A stretch of 64,000 nucleotides of DNA from the NCBI GenBank assembly GCA_963715195.1, contig CAVQRT010000003.1, positions 96,001 through 160,000 of the forward strand. The letters run 5' to 3'. Both the position numbers and the translations under genes were made by a program. Of the stretch, positions 63,192-64,000 are shown piece after piece. Numbering within the stretch: the stretch's first letter is position 1; every line of letters starts with the position of its first letter. The notes under the pieces are model-generated. The model did not search any database. It was not told where the DNA came from and worked only from the letters and a program-made list of their open reading frames with translations. The DNA comes from Thermodesulfovibrionales bacterium. GTDB taxonomy: Bacteria; Nitrospirota; Thermodesulfovibrionia; Thermodesulfovibrionales; SM23-35.

Positions 63192-64000
63192 AAGAACACC
63201 TCATCAAGAGGGATTTTTGCTATCTTCGCTTTCGTCTTTAGGCCCAAGGCCTTTTCCATCAGTATCTTTTGCTCCATAACAGCCACGTTTTTCCTCGAGG
63301 AGATTACCGTATCAGGATTTACCGATATCGAGGTGGCACCGCAGCGTATCATGAATTCAAGGTAGTCGGGATAAACGCTCGGAGCCTGACCGCAGATGGA
63401 TGTTGTAACGCCGTACTTCCTGCATACGGTCATGGTATAGGCAATAGCTCTCAAAACACCAAGATTCCGCTCATCATATAACTCCTGCACAGATGTGTCG
63501 TTCCTGTCAACGCCAAGTACGAGCATGGTCAGATCATTCGTACCAAAACTCACTCCATCTATTCCCTCCTTGCAGAACTCCTCAATCATAAAAACTGCAC
63601 TGGGAACTTCCACCATAATCCAGAGCTGGAAGCTGTTATCATTCTCATGGTCGAGTCCTTCCTCCTGCATAATACTCACCGTCTTCTTGAATACATCCAG
63701 TGTTCTGACAAAAGGAACCATGACCCAGATGTTGGTGAATCCCATCTTCTCCCGTGCCTGCCTGATAGCCTTTAATTCGAGCCTGAAAATGTCATCCTCT
63801 TTTGTATATCTGTATTCTCCACGATAACCGATCATAGGGTTGGGTCCAACGTTTTTTCGTTCATACTTTTCTCCACCGGGCATTTCAAGAAACTCATCAG
63901 GCTTGAAATCCAGAAACCGATATACCACAGGGCGCGGGAAGAAAGCTTCAGCCACCTGCCCTACACCGTTGGCAAATTTATCGATCATTACCTTGTCTCC
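63170..64000 (-). CDS. ppsA: Phosphoenolpyruvate synthase, C-terminal part (starts beyond window)
   Basis: AFFPRPV.YR..DFK, NPMIGYRG, VMVPFVRT, MVEVPS, DGVSFGTNDLT..LGVDR, ICGQAPS.YP, SISVNPD. Confidence 0.93.
   Translation of the reverse strand, partial: GDKVMIDKFANGVGQVAEAFFPRPVVYRFLDFKPDEFLEMPGGEKYERKNVGPNPMIGYRGEYRYTKEDDIFRLELKAIRQAREKMGFTNIWVMVPFVRTLDVFKKTVSIMQEEGLDHENDNSFQLWIMVEVPSAVFMIEEFCKEGIDGVSFGTNDLTMLVLGVDRNDTSVQELYDERNLGVLRAIAYTMTVCRKYGVTTSICGQAPSVYPDYLEFMIRCGATSISVNPDTVISSRKNVAVMEQKILMEKALGLKTKAKIAKIPLDEVFFWRHVEE

Overview
Bacterial chromosomal window from an anaerobe. Gene content and repeat families suggest Nitrospirota or a Deltaproteobacteria-like lineage (inference only). 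Many single-base indels, concentrated at 17-49 kb, split genes, as in a long-read assembly. Left end (1-11.4 kb, minus strand): folate/C1, purine and histidine genes (purD, DUF2520, metV, a GltD-like/ferredoxin/MvhD fusion, folD, folE, 5-formyl-THF cyclo-ligase, CaCA antiporter, USP, cooC, hisB, hisC). 11.4-14.6 kb: a group 3 (MvhG/MvhA-like) [NiFe]-hydrogenase whose small subunit carries two N-terminal cyclic-nucleotide-binding domains and whose large subunit has no C-terminal extension. 14.6-17.3 kb: REP-rich toxin-antitoxin hot spot. 17-49 kb: two paralogous copies of an apparently undescribed cassette (surface protein, HExxH secreted protein, small secreted protein, Lnt variant, outer-membrane barrel, PDZ/TM/GAF class III cyclase with a guanylyl-cyclase-like Glu, class II phosphodiesterase). 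One copy has all components. The other is internally deleted and headed by a ~13 kb mosaic adhesin gene. Between them lie a MalT/BTAD regulator, a four-helix-bundle gene in repeat arrays, a PilZ protein and a cNMP-Ser/Thr kinase. Right end: repeat-flanked VapBC, flavoprotein plus cNMP-GAF protein, YbhGFSR-like ABC exporter with TolC, OMP, nitroreductase, ppsR, UPF0146 and partial ppsA. No rRNA, tRNA, CRISPR array, integrase or transposase was recognised. All assignments come from motif recognition by eye; no searches were run.
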